64,000 nucleotides of DNA from Chamaesiphon sp. GTDB taxonomy: Bacteria > Cyanobacteriota > Cyanobacteriia > Cyanobacteriales > Chamaesiphonaceae. Made by a program: the position numbers and the translations under genes. The notes under the pieces were generated by a model, which was not told the origin of the DNA, did not search any database, and was given only the letters and a program-made list of their open reading frames with translations. This document shows positions 11,431 through 23,042 of the stretch, one piece after another. The DNA lies in contig CBDFFH010000046.1 of the NCBI GenBank assembly GCA_965246715.1, forward strand, positions 32,001 to 96,000. Reading direction: 5' to 3'. How positions within the stretch are numbered: the stretch's first letter is position 1; every line of letters starts with the position of its first letter.

Positions 11431-12573
11431 TTATTTCTTGCACATCGCCAGCGTACTATAAAGCTGAAAAGCTCGATCCCAAGCGCTATCGGCACGACGC
11501 AATAATTCTAGATGCGGGTCGATCCGCATTAGTAACTCTGGGAAGCCGATCGCCGTCTCCGCAAATGGCGTAAACTCATTCTGGGTTAAAATATCGGGAA
11601 GTAGATCGCTGATTTGAGCTATCAAATTCTTCCAATTATCACGGCTAGTTTTCGGGATCGGTTGACCATTTAATACAGCAGATAGATTGTCACTCGATCG
11701 ACTGTTGAGATTGCCAGTTAATTGATGGCGATTTTGCGTAACAAGTTGCTTGAAATCACAAAAATCATAAGTTTGCGAACATAAGCGAAAAATACTTCTG
11801 CGCCCGCTTAACTGTAGATCGCAGACATGAATGTAATCGAGAATTTTTGGTCTACGGTAGGTACGATTGCGACTATCTATTTCAAATACTTCTTCAAAAA
11901 TCGGTAACATGCCCATTGCAATTTGGGTAACTTCCGACCAGTTAAAATTGAATGTATGCGATTGAGATCGATCGTCCAGACAGACGATCGAGGCTTGAGG
12001 GTGAACAGATTGGAAATAATTGGCTCGAAAGATAAAAAACCGTTGTGTATCCTGCTGTGAAACACAAAAACTCGGGATCTCTGCTTGTGCGAGCTGGTGC
12101 TGATAAAACTCCAACTCTCCCATCGTGCCTAACTTATACAATCGCCAGCCACGAGTCGGTAACTTAAGTCTGGCACTATACGGATCGATCTCCATAATCT
12201 TGGCAAATTTAGCAGCAACCGATTGCTTTCGCTCTGACGAAAGTGGTTCGAGAATCAAAAATCCTGGTGCTAGATTATCTTCAATCCCAGCTCTGGCATT
12301 GACTCTCTCATCTGCTTCGATCTCAGCCTGAATTTGCTCGATTCGTTGGATTCCTTGACGGGCTTCGGTAGTAATTTTTGGATTGAGCGCATGTTGGAGT
12401 AACGATCGATAAATTTCCAGCGCCTTCTCGGATCGATCGGTTGCTTCTTGGAGTCGTGCGGCATAAAGTTGGACTTGGTAGTCGTCTGGTTGCTGCTCGA
12501 GTAACACAGCGATTAGTTTAGCCGCAGTTTGGTAATCCTGACGATTTAGGGCATTAGCAGCTTGCTCTAACAT
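11431..12573 (-). CDS. Tetratricopeptide-repeat protein
   Basis: N-terminal TPR-like helices; 380-aa ORF. Confidence 0.75.
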   Translation of the reverse strand: MLEQAANALNRQDYQTAAKLIAVLLEQQPDDYQVQLYAARLQEATDRSEKALEIYRSLLQHALNPKITTEARQGIQRIEQIQAEIEADERVNARAGIEDNLAPGFLILEPLSSERKQSVAAKFAKIMEIDPYSARLKLPTRGWRLYKLGTMGELEFYQHQLAQAEIPSFCVSQQDTQRFFIFRANYFQSVHPQASIVCLDDRSQSHTFNFNWSEVTQIAMGMLPIFEEVFEIDSRNRTYRRPKILDYIHVCDLQLSGRRSIFRLCSQTYDFCDFKQLVTQNRHQLTGNLNSRSSDNLSAVLNGQPIPKTSRDNWKNLIAQISDLLPDILTQNEFTPFAETAIGFPELLMRIDPHLELLRRADSAWDRAFQLYSTLAMCKK

Positions 12574-12766
12574 AGATTTCGGAACATGAGTTGAATGGGA
12601 TAGTCTCGTCAGGAGTTTGGCTGTGACAGAAGCAATCCACTCTGACCCTATCTGTAGAGTTCCCCTATCTATGTGTTAACCTAACTAATTGTTACATTTC
12701 ACACAATCTAAATTATTAATCAGATTGTAATTTTTCCCCTATTCTCTCTCCCTTTTCCCCTAAATA

Positions 12767-13468
12767 ATGTTGACAGCCAGCCATGGGATTATGCTCGGTT
12801 TATTACTCGGTTTTGCGATCGCGCATAGTGGTTTAGCCGCATTGCGCTCTTGGGCTGAGGGTAAAATTGGCGCACGCTTATACCGCGTTATTTTCGCCCT
12901 AGTCAGTATCCCATTCGCGACGATTTTAATTATTTATTTTTTCAATCACCGTTACGATGGCATCCAATTATGGCAAGTTCAGGGTGTCGTCGGCGTAAAA
13001 GAGACGGTCTGGATCTTATCTTTTATTTCGTTCCTGTTCCTATATCCAGCAACGTTCAATCTACTGGAAATTGCAGCGGTATTCAAACCCCAAGTGCGGA
13101 TCTATGAGACGGGGATTATGCGGATTACCCGACATCCCCAAATGGTCGGTCAATTGATTTGGTGTGTGGCGCACACGCTCTGGTTAGGAACGACATTTAC
13201 GTTAGTAACTTCGATCGGGTTGATGCTGCATCATTTATTTGCCGTTTGGCATGGCGATTATCGCCTGACACAGCGGTACGGCAAGGATTTTGAAGTTGTC
13301 AAAGCCAGAACCTCGATCGTTCCATTTCAGGCAGTTTTAGATGGCAGACAGCAACTTCAGTTCGGCGAATTTTTGCGTCCGGCTTACGCAGGCGTTATCG
13401 CGTTTATCTTTTTATTTTGGTGGGCGCATCCGTGGTTGATTCAGACTACTGCATGGGTATCCTGGTAA
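12767..13468 (+). CDS. NnrU family membrane protein (Z-ISO-like)
   Basis: HSGLAALR, TGIMRITRHPQ, HHLFAVWHGD. Confidence 0.88.
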   Translation: MLTASHGIMLGLLLGFAIAHSGLAALRSWAEGKIGARLYRVIFALVSIPFATILIIYFFNHRYDGIQLWQVQGVVGVKETVWILSFISFLFLYPATFNLLEIAAVFKPQVRIYETGIMRITRHPQMVGQLIWCVAHTLWLGTTFTLVTSIGLMLHHLFAVWHGDYRLTQRYGKDFEVVKARTSIVPFQAVLDGRQQLQFGEFLRPAYAGVIAFIFLFWWAHPWLIQTTAWVSW

Positions 13469-13670
13469 AGGATTGCTATTTAAATAGTAAAATAGCTTAC
13501 AAAATTAGGCTTGCCACTGATGCGATGGTACTGGGTACTGTTTTCTCTCAGCCGATCGACTCGATCCCTGATACTTATTCGCCGATCCCTATCCCCTTTG
13601 CGGCCTAATTAGCGTTAATATAATGCTTATATAACAAAAGATTTGATTTTAATACCGACCACCTTAATTT

Positions 13671-14066
13671 ATGATCCATTCTGTAACAGATTTGAATTTT
13701 AGGGAAGAAGCGATCGATTCATCGATTCCTGTACTAGTCAACTTTGGGGCACCCTGGTGTGGATTGTGCCAACTCATCCAGCCGACGCTGATTCAGTTTC
13801 ACGATCGCTGGGACGGTCAAATTAAGTTGGTAAATGTTAATGCCGATCGGAATCTTAAATTGGCTAGTACTTATAAACTAAAATCTTTGCCAACATTAAT
13901 TCTGTTTACAAATGGGCGGATGGTACATCGGCTCGAAGGATTTAAAGGCCGCGACGATTTGCGAGATAGTCTCGACCAGATGACCAAGATTGCCACGATG
14001 ACTTGGCAAATCGGCGAGCGCGATCTCCCAATGCGGATCGATTGGCGCTTGGTAACCAGTGAATAA
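13671..14066 (+). CDS. trxC: Thioredoxin, cyanobacterial TrxC type
   Basis: Thioredoxin fold with atypical WCGLC active site. Confidence 0.8.
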   Translation: MIHSVTDLNFREEAIDSSIPVLVNFGAPWCGLCQLIQPTLIQFHDRWDGQIKLVNVNADRNLKLASTYKLKSLPTLILFTNGRMVHRLEGFKGRDDLRDSLDQMTKIATMTWQIGERDLPMRIDWRLVTSE

Positions 14067-14117
14067 ATCTCGGCATTGCTGAGTTCAGGGATGATTAATT
14101 TTGGGGGTAAACCCACC

Positions 14118-14163
14118 AAAATCAGGGTAGAGGCAATTCATGAATTGCTCCTACCCTGATTTT
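14118..14163. repeat. REP-like palindrome / possible terminator
   Basis: AAAATCAGGGTAG-AGGCAATTCATGAATTGCTC-CTACCCTGATTTT; related half copy near 6352-6368. Confidence 0.55.
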
Positions 14164-14266
14164 TCACACCATAATTTAGTAACACCTAAATATGTTCGAT
14201 CTGCGGAGAATGTTGTCTCACTAACTGGGCGATAATGAACTACTAATAATCGATAACCGATCGCTG

Positions 14267-16246
14267 GTGACTGCCATGTCAGAGACAAATATTGAATCGA
14301 CCCTTCAAGAAGCGCGGCTATTTAGCCCTTCAACAGAATTTTCCCAAGCCGCACACATCAAAAGTTTGGCTGAGTATGAGCGTCTTTACGATCGCGCCAA
14401 AGCCAATCCCGAACAGTTTTGGGCAGAATTAGCCCAGAGCGAATTGCACTGGTTTGGGCAGTGGGACAAAGTATTGGATTGGCAACCCCCGTTCGCTAAA
14501 TGGTTTACGGGCGGCAAAATTAATATCTCACATAATTGTCTCGATCGACATTTGACCACTTGGCGCAAGAATAAAGCCGCACTGATATGGGAAGGCGAAC
14601 CAGGTGACTCGCGGACATTAACCTACGCTCAATTGCACCGCGAAGTTTGTCAGATGGCCAATGTGCTCAAACAGATGGGCGTAGTCAAAGGGGATTTGGT
14701 CGGGATTTACATGCCGATGATTCCCGAAGCGGCGATCGCGATGTTGGCTTGTGCGAGAATTGGGGCAGTACATACGGTCGTGTTTGGTGGATTTAGTGCC
14801 GATGCATTGCGAGACAGGTTGGCAAATGGTCGGGCTAAAGCCGTAATTACTGCCGATGGTGGTTGGCGCAAAGATGCGATCGTGCCTTTGAAAATTCAGG
14901 TCGATAAAGCTTTAGAACATGACGCTTGTCCGACGGTGCAAAAGGTACTAGTCGTCCAACGGACGAAGCAAGAGATCCCGATGGTTGCAGGGAGAGATCT
15001 CTGGTGGCACGAACTCCAGCCGACGGTCTCGGCTGATTGCCCCGCCGAACAGATGGATTCGGAGGATATGTTATTCGTTCTTTATACCTCGGGCAGTACG
15101 GGCAAACCGAAAGGTGTAGTGCATACAACTGGTGGCTACAATCTTTACAGCCACATCACTACTAAGTGGATTTTCGATCTCCAGGATACCGATGTCTACT
15201 GGTGTACTGCCGATGTCGGTTGGATTACCGGACATAGCTATATCGTCTATGGCCCCTTATCTAATGGTGCGACGACGGTGATGTATGAGGGCGTAACTCG
15301 TCCCTCGCAACCAGGCTGTACCTGGGACATCATTGAAAAATATGGCGTAACGATCTTTTATACCGCACCGACGGCAATTCGCCTGTTTATGAAAATGGGT
15401 GACGAATTGCCCAACGCACGAAATCTCACCTCCCTCCGACTGCTGGGTACCGTCGGCGAACCGATCGCCCCTGAAGCTTGGATGTGGTACCATCGCGTCA
15501 TCGGTGGCGAAAAATGTCCGATCGTCGATACCTGGTGGCAAACAGAGACGGGGGGAATTATGATTACTGCCTTACCTGGTGCGATTCCCACGAAACCTGG
15601 TTCGGCAACGCGACCGTTCCCTGGCATTATCGCCGAAATCGTCGATCTCGACGGCGATCCTGTCCCCGACAATAGTGGCGGCTATTTAGCTGTAAAATAC
15701 CCCTGGCCGGGGATGATGCGGACGGTATACGGGGACGATGAAAGATTCCGGAAGACCTATTGGGAACACATCCCACCCCGAGATGGCAAGTACGTGTATT
15801 TTGCGGGCGATGGCGCGCGACAGGACGCGGATGGTTACTTTTGGGTGATGGGACGCATCGATGATGTGTTAAATGTCTCTGGACACCGTTTAGGCACGAT
15901 GGAAGTCGAGTCTGCCTTAGTCTCGCACCCGGCTGTCGCTGAAGCTGCGGTCGTCGGCAAACCAGACGATCTGAAGGGCGAAGAAATCGTCGCCTTTGTG
16001 ACGCTAAATACTAACTACCAAGCCAGTGAAGACTTAGCCAAAGAGTTGAAAAAACAGGTAGCGCAAGAGATTGGCGCGATCGCACGTCCTAGCGAAATCC
16101 GGTTTACCGATGCGCTACCCAAAACTCGATCGGGTAAAATCATGCGCCGCTTATTGCGCGATTTGGCCGCAGGGAAGGAAATATCGGGCGATACTTCCAC
16201 GTTAGAGGATCGCAGTGTTTTGGATAAATTACGGGAGAGCGACTAA
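14267..16246 (+). CDS. acs: Acetyl-CoA synthetase
   Basis: [29 protein letters not shown]. Confidence 0.97.
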   Translation: MTAMSETNIESTLQEARLFSPSTEFSQAAHIKSLAEYERLYDRAKANPEQFWAELAQSELHWFGQWDKVLDWQPPFAKWFTGGKINISHNCLDRHLTTWRKNKAALIWEGEPGDSRTLTYAQLHREVCQMANVLKQMGVVKGDLVGIYMPMIPEAAIAMLACARIGAVHTVVFGGFSADALRDRLANGRAKAVITADGGWRKDAIVPLKIQVDKALEHDACPTVQKVLVVQRTKQEIPMVAGRDLWWHELQPTVSADCPAEQMDSEDMLFVLYTSGSTGKPKGVVHTTGGYNLYSHITTKWIFDLQDTDVYWCTADVGWITGHSYIVYGPLSNGATTVMYEGVTRPSQPGCTWDIIEKYGVTIFYTAPTAIRLFMKMGDELPNARNLTSLRLLGTVGEPIAPEAWMWYHRVIGGEKCPIVDTWWQTETGGIMITALPGAIPTKPGSATRPFPGIIAEIVDLDGDPVPDNSGGYLAVKYPWPGMMRTVYGDDERFRKTYWEHIPPRDGKYVYFAGDGARQDADGYFWVMGRIDDVLNVSGHRLGTMEVESALVSHPAVAEAAVVGKPDDLKGEEIVAFVTLNTNYQASEDLAKELKKQVAQEIGAIARPSEIRFTDALPKTRSGKIMRRLLRDLAAGKEISGDTSTLEDRSVLDKLRESD

Positions 16247-16346
16247 TCGAGTTGTTTGATTAGAGCAAGTAGTTTTCCCAGTTAGTCGATCGATCCAACT
16301 TGAGGATCGATCGATATTTTTGTGCTGTTAAGTTTATCGTTTTAGC

Positions 16347-16566
16347 GTCAGTTCGGGTTAAGAGGATCCCGGAGACTGAAGTCTCGGCTCATGATGCGAA
16401 GTCCGCCTGCGCGGACTGAATATCTTAGTCCGCGCAGGCGGACTTTGTAACGTTAGCCCCAATTTGCGGAAAGTGCGATCTTGGGGTTTCCCCAAGTAGA
16501 GCACCTTTTCAAGACACAATCGAGGGCGGTACTGGAACGGAGCAAATATCCTTAACCCGAACTGAC
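16347..16566. repeat. MITE-like dispersed repeat with GTCAGTTCGGG ends and nested 51-bp insert
   Basis: TIR GTCAGTTCGGGTTAAG/CTTAACCCGAACTGAC; inverted homologue at 51477-51647 lacks 16466-16516. Confidence 0.8.
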
Positions 16567-16654
16567 ATAGTTTTAGCGATCGTCAAAAATTAAAGCGAAA
16601 CAATTTGGAGCTAGTAGCGTCTGGAATAGTAATCAAAACAAATATTATTTCACG

Positions 16655-17119
16655 ATGAAAAGCATTTTACTTAGATCGGCAATTCTGACAGCTTGTATTT
16701 TTGCTGCACTCGATCGCGCACCACAAGCGGCTGTAGCTGGTGGTATCGGCAACAACTACATCGGCCCTTCAGTTAGTTTTGGTAATGGCTCGACTGTAAT
16801 CGGTATCGATAGTAAGTTCGGTGTCGCTGATAATGTATCTTTGCGCCCCTTTGTCACATTTCCATCTGGTGGTACGACCTTTGGTACCAGTCTGACCTAC
16901 GATTGGGATCTCCGGAAATCATCGTTACCGATTACGCCGTTTATCGGTCTGGGGATTAACTTTAATTCTGGAAATAACAACACTCAAACTACTGGATTCG
17001 CTCAAATCGGTACGGATTTAGATGTGAGTGAAAATATTTCATTGTTAGGCTCCGTCCAGATTCCATTTAACAGCGGTTATAGCACTACAGTAACGATCGG
17101 TAGTGGTTTACGCTTCTAA
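16655..17119 (+). CDS. Small outer-membrane beta-barrel-like protein
   Basis: Signal peptide, alternating beta-strand pattern, C-terminal Phe. Confidence 0.7.
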   Translation: MKSILLRSAILTACIFAALDRAPQAAVAGGIGNNYIGPSVSFGNGSTVIGIDSKFGVADNVSLRPFVTFPSGGTTFGTSLTYDWDLRKSSLPITPFIGLGINFNSGNNNTQTTGFAQIGTDLDVSENISLLGSVQIPFNSGYSTTVTIGSGLRF

Positions 17120-17173
17120 TCATCGCGCGATCGAGCCGGAAGATTTCTGGGCAATTGGAATCATCTCATCAGC

Positions 17174-17229
17174 ATAAAACATCAAAACTCTAGCAATCTA
17201 CTCGGATTGCTAGAGTTTTGATGTTTTAT
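17174..17229. terminator. Perfect 25-bp-stem hairpin between convergent genes
   Basis: ATAAAACATCAAAACTCTAGCAATC-TACTCG-GATTGCTAGAGTTTTGATGTTTTAT. Confidence 0.7.
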
Positions 17230-17284
17230 AATTGTAAGACTAAAAATAAGATCGAGAGCGGCTCGAGTTCGAGTTGTTAAGCTG

Positions 17285-17605
17285 CTAAGTATCGGTATTC
17301 AACACCGACTTATTTAGCAGACTATCCAATCGATCGGTAGACCAGTATTCTGAAGGATAAGCGATTGCCGAAATCGATGATAATCTCACGACCCAAGTCA
17401 CACGTTGAAAGCTATACTCTGTCGATTCCTCCTCACTGCCAGGTACTAAGATCAATACTTCCACAAAATCGCGATCGAGTCCGATCGGGATGCCAAAGTA
17501 GCTTTTGTCGCGAGTTTCAAACCAGACCTTAATCCCGTCATGTAAAGCAACTTTTAAGCGTTGATACAATAGGCTCGATTCATTGACTTCAGACTTTTTG
17601 CCCAT
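17285..17605 (-). CDS. Hypothetical protein
   Basis: 106-aa ATG ORF filling the gap, protein-like composition. Confidence 0.7.
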   Translation of the reverse strand: MGKKSEVNESSLLYQRLKVALHDGIKVWFETRDKSYFGIPIGLDRDFVEVLILVPGSEEESTEYSFQRVTWVVRLSSISAIAYPSEYWSTDRLDSLLNKSVLNTDT

Positions 17606-17898
17606 AGTTAATCTCGATTAGGTTTAATGGTCTTTAGATTATATTATTACCGATCGCCTTCGGTATAAATTCAGTTGGTAGCTAGTAGATACCTCGTCGA
17701 GCCGCACGGCAATCCGTATTGTATCGCCAATGCAACGGTTATTACCTGGTTGTCAAGTCGCAAAACACGAATCTCTCACCATTCCGGTCTTGAGATAGAT
17801 CTGTTACAGTTAAATAAGGTATAGATACTCTTAAACCGATACAGATAGAGTCTTTTGGCTGTATAACAGTCGATCTTCACCCCCTAAAGTAATAAATT

Positions 17899-18564
17899 AT
17901 GATCTTCGACATCTTCGGCGCTAAGAAATCAACTCTCCCGTCTCCAGAAACTGCTTTACCTGGTAGAACGACCAAAATGCCACTTCCCGTCAAGCATTTT
18001 GTCAATGGCAATCCCTTTGCGCCGCCATATCCCGCCCAGATGGAGCAAGCGATGTTTGGATTGGGTTGTTTCTGGGGTGCCGAGCGCAAGTTTTGGCAAC
18101 TCCCTGAAGGCATCTACATCACAGCTGTCGGCTATGCCGCTGGGATTACCCCAAATCCTAATTACCAAGAAGTTTGCACGGGTCGTACCGGGCATAATGA
18201 GGTCGTATTGGTAGTCTTCGACCCCAAGGTCATCACTTACCAACAGTTATTGAAAGTATTCTGGGAAAGCCACAATCCAACTCAAGGAATGCGCCAGGGT
18301 AACGATGCTGGCACGCAATATCGATCGGGGATCTATTGCTATTCCGACAGCCAAAAACAATTGGCGGAGGCTTCTAAAGCAGCTTACCAAGCAGCGTTGA
18401 ATGCATCTGGGTACAAAGAGATCACTACCGAAATTTTGGACGCTCCAGAATTTTATTATGCTGAGGAATACCACCAACAATATCTAGCGAAAAATCCTGG
18501 TGGTTACTGCGGCTTGGGCGGTACAAATGTCTGTATGCCCGAAAATCTCTCGGTAGCTAACTAG
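17899..18564 (+). CDS. msrA: Peptide-methionine (S)-S-oxide reductase
   Basis: [23 protein letters not shown]. Confidence 0.97.
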   Translation: MIFDIFGAKKSTLPSPETALPGRTTKMPLPVKHFVNGNPFAPPYPAQMEQAMFGLGCFWGAERKFWQLPEGIYITAVGYAAGITPNPNYQEVCTGRTGHNEVVLVVFDPKVITYQQLLKVFWESHNPTQGMRQGNDAGTQYRSGIYCYSDSQKQLAEASKAAYQAALNASGYKEITTEILDAPEFYYAEEYHQQYLAKNPGGYCGLGGTNVCMPENLSVAN

Positions 18565-18565
18565 C

Positions 18566-18708
18566 CTGAGTTCGGGATAAGAATCGATCGATGGCTTCTA
18601 GCTTCGTTTCCGCACCGCCCTCAAATGAATTTGGGGGTAATAGCCCGAAATTATAGTTCAGGGCGGTACTTGAGCGAAGCAAATCAATTTTCCTTATCCC
18701 GAACTGAC
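18566..18708. repeat. Shorter member of the GTCAGTTCGGG-ended repeat family
   Basis: AGTTCGGGATAAG ... CTTATCCCGAACT ends; shares GGGCGGTACT..CGAAGCAAAT segment with the 16347 and 51477 copies. Confidence 0.75.
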
Positions 18709-18734
18709 ATTAACTAAATAGGGCTTGCTGAAAA

Positions 18735-19203
18735 AGTCAGAGAATGGCATTAAATTGGAGCGATTCACGATCATAAAATTCTCGCCAATTAAGTTCTGGG
18801 GGCAATTTGACACCACTAGTAGGGGCATTTGGCAGTCGAAACAAACTAGAGACAAAAGCATATTCGATATCCTGCGGGAGCGCGCAACTCAACCGCGCGA
18901 GCGTACCTAAAATATTAATGACTTCTGCCCAGACATCCTCGATCGCGTGATATATCTCTGGTTGAGTACTCGCAGTGGCGGCGAGACGATGATGGACGAT
19001 CGCCTATGCGATCGCGGTATGCCAGTCATCAGGGGGTAATAGTTCTACCATGCCATAGGCACATTTCGCCGTTGTAATTCCACGTCGATTTGAGCGTAGG
19101 CATTTTGATAACGGTTGCGTTAGCTAACGAGCCGATTGTAAGCATCGATGAGAATATACGCGCCGATCGCCACAACTGCGACGATAAAGATAAGAATGCC
19201 CAT
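18735..19203 (-). pseudogene. LemA N-terminal relic joined to a second degraded coding fragment (probable M48 peptidase C-terminus)
   Basis: MGILIFIVAVVAIGAYILIDAYNRLVS*RNRYQNAYAQIDVELQRR (LemA signature with internal TAA), then in another frame PEIYHAIEDVWAEVINILGTLARL...EYAFVSSLFRLP. Confidence 0.7.
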
Positions 19204-19458
19204 AGGTGCGATGAATAACTACCATACCTAAGGTACCCAAGTAAAATGAGAATACATTACCTCAATTGCCTTACTCACATCTTGCACCAGGTTAAAGATA
19301 CTATCGATCGTGTAGGGGTACCCTCAGATCTGTGTTTTTTTAGACAGTAGATTGGTGGCTAAGATTTGAACCGCTCGATCTGGATCATCTAGTACCCGCT
19401 CGATGCAATCCAGGTCTATTGTATGATGAGGATAATTTTTAGCAAGATGATATAAGCG

Positions 19459-21600
19459 ATGTCCCGTTCTCCTTGGGTTTTGACTGCGGCGTTGGTGGGG
19501 ACGAGTATAATATTGGTGCAGCCTGCGGTAATGGCGGCAAAGTCGGCGGCGGAAGTAGAAAAGATCGCGAAGGGCGTGACAGTCGAGATTCGATTGCAGC
19601 AAGATAGTAGCGTCGGTTCGGGGATAATTATCGCTCGTCAAGGCGATCTGTATACGATCGCCACCAATCGGCATGTAGTTTGTGGTAGTCAGCGACGCGA
19701 TCGAGTACCAGCGGGAGAGAGTTACGAGCTGGGATTGATTGACGGACAAAAATACCGAGTCACAGCCAATAGCGTCAAACTCATCGGTACCGATCTCGAT
19801 CTGGCGATCGTCCAATTTCGGAGTAGCCGCAAGCATCAAGTAGCACAGGTAGGTACTGCTAGTGCATTGAAAGTAGATGATGTGGTATATACTGCTGGGT
19901 TTCCGCTCGAACAACCCGGGTTTAGCTTCAATCAGGGAAACGCCTTCGCGGTAGTCGATCGCCGTATTACAGGTGACAGTGGTGGCTATAGCATGATTTA
20001 TGATGCCTTGACACTGCCAGGAATGAGTGGGGGTGGCGTATTCGATGGTGATGGTCGATTGGTCGCTATTCACGGACGAGGAGATCGGTATGGAGAGAAT
20101 ACCGATCTTGATGATGAGACATCCAAAGTCGGCAGCAAAATCGGCTACAACCGAGGCATTCCGATCCGGTGGCTAGTACAAGGTCTTGCCAGTGTGGGGA
20201 TTAACATCGGGGAAAATCGCCCACCCTCCACCTTCATACCCACTAAATCTCAAGTACCAGTAAATGCTGATGAGTACTTTATTGCTGGCTTTAATAAATT
20301 TGTAGAGCCTGGATCCGATCCGATCGCCGGAAAACGCGCAGCCATTCAGGAATTGAGTAAAGCTATTCAAATTAATTCACGATACACGTTTGCTTACTTC
20401 ATTCGTGCCTATGTCTACGCACAGCTTCAAGAGGTTCAGAAGTCTTTAAGTGATTACGATCGAGCGATTGCGCTCGATCCTAAAGTTGCCCTAGTTTACA
20501 ACAATCGGGGCAATCTGAAATCTACCCAACTCAATAATATACAGGGTGCATTAGCCGATTACGATCGCGCCATTACCCTCAATCCTAAAGATGCTCAAGC
20601 CTACAACAATCGTGGCCTTCTGAAATATGAGAAGTTAAATGACAGCCAAGGTGCATTAGCCGATTTCGATCGAGCGATTGCGACCGCGCCTAAACTTGCT
20701 CTAGCCTACAACAATCGCGGCAATCTGAAATATGAGAAGTTAAATGACAGCCAAGGTGCATTAGCTGATTTCGATCGAGCCATCGCCCTCAATCCTAAAG
20801 GTGCCCAAGCTTACAGCAATCGTGGCATTCTGAAATCTGCCAAACTCAATGACAGCCAAGGTGCATTAGCCGATTTCGATCGAGCGATTGCAATCGCGCC
20901 TAAACTTGCTTTAGCCTACAACAATCGCGGCAATCTGAAATATGAGAAGTTAAATGACAGCCAAGGTGCATTAGCTGATTTCGATCGAGCCATTACCCTC
21001 AATCCTAAAGATGCCCAAGCCTACAGCAATCGTGGCGCTCTTAAATATAAAAAGCTCAATGACAGCCAAGGTGCATTAGCCGATTTCGATCGAGCGATTG
21101 CGATCGCTCCTAAACTGGCCACAGCTTACTACAATCGCGGCGCGCTGAAACAGGACAAGCTCAATGACAGTCAGGGTGCATTAGCTGATTTCGATCGAGC
21201 CATTACCCTCAATCCTAAACTTGCCCAAGTCTACTACAATCGTGGCGCTCTGAAATATAAAAAGCTCAATGACAGCCAAGGTGCGCTAGCCGATTACGAT
21301 CGAGCGATCGTCCTCAATCCTCAATATACCGAAGCTTACTACAACCGGGGCAATCTGAAATATGACAAGTTGAATGACAGCCAAGGTGCGTTAGCCGATT
21401 ACGATCGAGCGATCGTCCTCAATCCTCAATATGCTAAAGCCTACAACAATCGTGGCATTCTGAAATATACTAAGCTCAAAGACAAAGCAGGAGCGATCCA
21501 AGATTTTCGTCAAGCAGCAAAGTTATATCGAGGACAAGGACAAACTCAGAATTTACAAAAAGTAGTTGATGTACTACAATTGCTAGGTGCGACAGAATGA
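19459..21600 (+). CDS. Trypsin-like serine protease with C-terminal TPR array
   Basis: TNRHVV, DLAIV, PGMSGGGV catalytic triad; about ten 35-aa TPR units. Confidence 0.92.
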   Translation: MSRSPWVLTAALVGTSIILVQPAVMAAKSAAEVEKIAKGVTVEIRLQQDSSVGSGIIIARQGDLYTIATNRHVVCGSQRRDRVPAGESYELGLIDGQKYRVTANSVKLIGTDLDLAIVQFRSSRKHQVAQVGTASALKVDDVVYTAGFPLEQPGFSFNQGNAFAVVDRRITGDSGGYSMIYDALTLPGMSGGGVFDGDGRLVAIHGRGDRYGENTDLDDETSKVGSKIGYNRGIPIRWLVQGLASVGINIGENRPPSTFIPTKSQVPVNADEYFIAGFNKFVEPGSDPIAGKRAAIQELSKAIQINSRYTFAYFIRAYVYAQLQEVQKSLSDYDRAIALDPKVALVYNNRGNLKSTQLNNIQGALADYDRAITLNPKDAQAYNNRGLLKYEKLNDSQGALADFDRAIATAPKLALAYNNRGNLKYEKLNDSQGALADFDRAIALNPKGAQAYSNRGILKSAKLNDSQGALADFDRAIAIAPKLALAYNNRGNLKYEKLNDSQGALADFDRAITLNPKDAQAYSNRGALKYKKLNDSQGALADFDRAIAIAPKLATAYYNRGALKQDKLNDSQGALADFDRAITLNPKLAQVYYNRGALKYKKLNDSQGALADYDRAIVLNPQYTEAYYNRGNLKYDKLNDSQGALADYDRAIVLNPQYAKAYNNRGILKYTKLKDKAGAIQDFRQAAKLYRGQGQTQNLQKVVDVLQLLGATE

Positions 21601-21701
21601 CCATCTAATAGCCAGAAAGTAAGCGTGACTAGCCCAGATTACTTGGTTAGTTAGAATTTATCCCCCGATTGTGGAGTTAATAGAAAAAGTTAAACTCCGA
21701 A

Positions 21702-21740
21702 AAAATATCCTCGACTTCTTGAAGAAGTCGGGGATATTTT
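21702..21740. terminator. Bidirectional terminator-like hairpin
   Basis: AAAATATCCTCGACTTCTT-G-AAGAAGTCGGGGATATTTT between convergent genes; same family as 6295-6327. Confidence 0.65.
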
Positions 21741-21758
21741 CATACTCGAATCTGAATT

Positions 21759-23042
21759 TTATACAGTTGCCGCAACTGGCATAGATAAATGTGGATAGAG
21801 CGGGAATTTATCGCATAGAGCGGCAACGCGACGCAGACAATTAGCACCGACAGCATCATCTTCAGGACTCAACAATCGATCGGCGATAATATTTGCAATC
21901 TCGACAAATTCAGTTTCGCCCATGCCGCGTGTGGTCATTGCTGGCGAACCCAAACGCAAACCACTAGTGACGAACGGGGATTCGGGGTCGAATGGCACGG
22001 TATTTTTATTCGCCGTGATATGTACGTCGCTAACGAGTAAATCTGCTTGCTTACCGGTCATGCCGATCGATCGCAGATCGACTAACATCAGATGATTGTC
22101 AGTCCCATCAGAAACGATTTTAAAGCCGCGTTGTTGCAGTTGACCTGCAAGGGCTTGTGCGTTAGCGATAACGTGGCCGCAATAGGTCTTAAAGCTGGGC
22201 TGGAGCGCTTCGCCAAAGGCAACGGCCTTACCCGCTATCACATGTTCGAGCGGCCCGCCTTGGGTACCGGGGAATACCGCCTTATCAAACTTCTTACCCC
22301 ACTCAGCATCGCGAGTCATAATCAGTCCGCCGCGAGGCCCTCTGAGTGTCTTGTGGGTGGTAGTAGTTACCACGTCGCAATAAGGGATCGGATTGGGATG
22401 GTGTCCGGTGGCAACCAATCCAGCAATGTGGGCGATATCTGCCATCAGTAACGCACCGACTTCATCCGCAATCTCACGGAATTTAGCAAAGTCGATGATG
22501 CGGGGATAGGCAGAGTAACCACAAATCAATAATTTAGGGCGGTGTTGTTTGGCTAAATCCCGAATCTGGTCGTAGTCTAGCTGCTCGGTTGCTTTACTTA
22601 CGCCATAGTTGGAAACTTCAAACCATTTTCCCGATACATTAACTGGAGAACCGTGGGTGAGATGTCCGCCATGGGATAAATCCATCCCCATGATTTTGTC
22701 ACCTGGATTGAGGAGGGTGAGGAAGACAGCAAAATTTGCTTGTGCGCCGGAGTGAGGTTGGACGTTAGCCGCCGCAGCACCGAATAACTGCTTGACTCGA
22801 TCGATCGCGATTTGCTCGATCTCATCGACAAATTCACAACCACCATAGTAACGCTTGGTGGGCAAACCTTCGGCATATTTATTGGTCAACACCGAACCCT
22901 GTGCTGCCATCACCGCAGCAGAGGTGAAGTTCTCACTAGCAATCAGCTCGAGATGACCCCGCTGACGACTTAGCTCCGAACCGATTAAATTTGCGACCGC
23001 TGGATCTGTCTCTGCTAAAAATTCTAAGTTAGTTTTTGCCAT
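21759..23042 (-). CDS. glyA: Serine hydroxymethyltransferase
   Basis: [26 protein letters not shown]. Confidence 0.98.
   Translation of the reverse strand: MAKTNLEFLAETDPAVANLIGSELSRQRGHLELIASENFTSAAVMAAQGSVLTNKYAEGLPTKRYYGGCEFVDEIEQIAIDRVKQLFGAAAANVQPHSGAQANFAVFLTLLNPGDKIMGMDLSHGGHLTHGSPVNVSGKWFEVSNYGVSKATEQLDYDQIRDLAKQHRPKLLICGYSAYPRIIDFAKFREIADEVGALLMADIAHIAGLVATGHHPNPIPYCDVVTTTTHKTLRGPRGGLIMTRDAEWGKKFDKAVFPGTQGGPLEHVIAGKAVAFGEALQPSFKTYCGHVIANAQALAGQLQQRGFKIVSDGTDNHLMLVDLRSIGMTGKQADLLVSDVHITANKNTVPFDPESPFVTSGLRLGSPAMTTRGMGETEFVEIANIIADRLLSPEDDAVGANCLRRVAALCDKFPLYPHLSMPVAATV

Noticed and set aside
19324..20073. 249-aa minus-strand ORF
   Set aside because: Antisense shadow of the well-supported protease gene; the same applies to the other ORFs nested opposite ftsH, acs, glyA, lysC, gatA and the RND genes
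20450..21500. Near-identical 105-bp repeats that could suggest a CRISPR array or DGR target
   Set aside because: They are in-frame 35-aa TPR units of the protease; there are no unique spacers, cas genes or reverse transcriptase in the window
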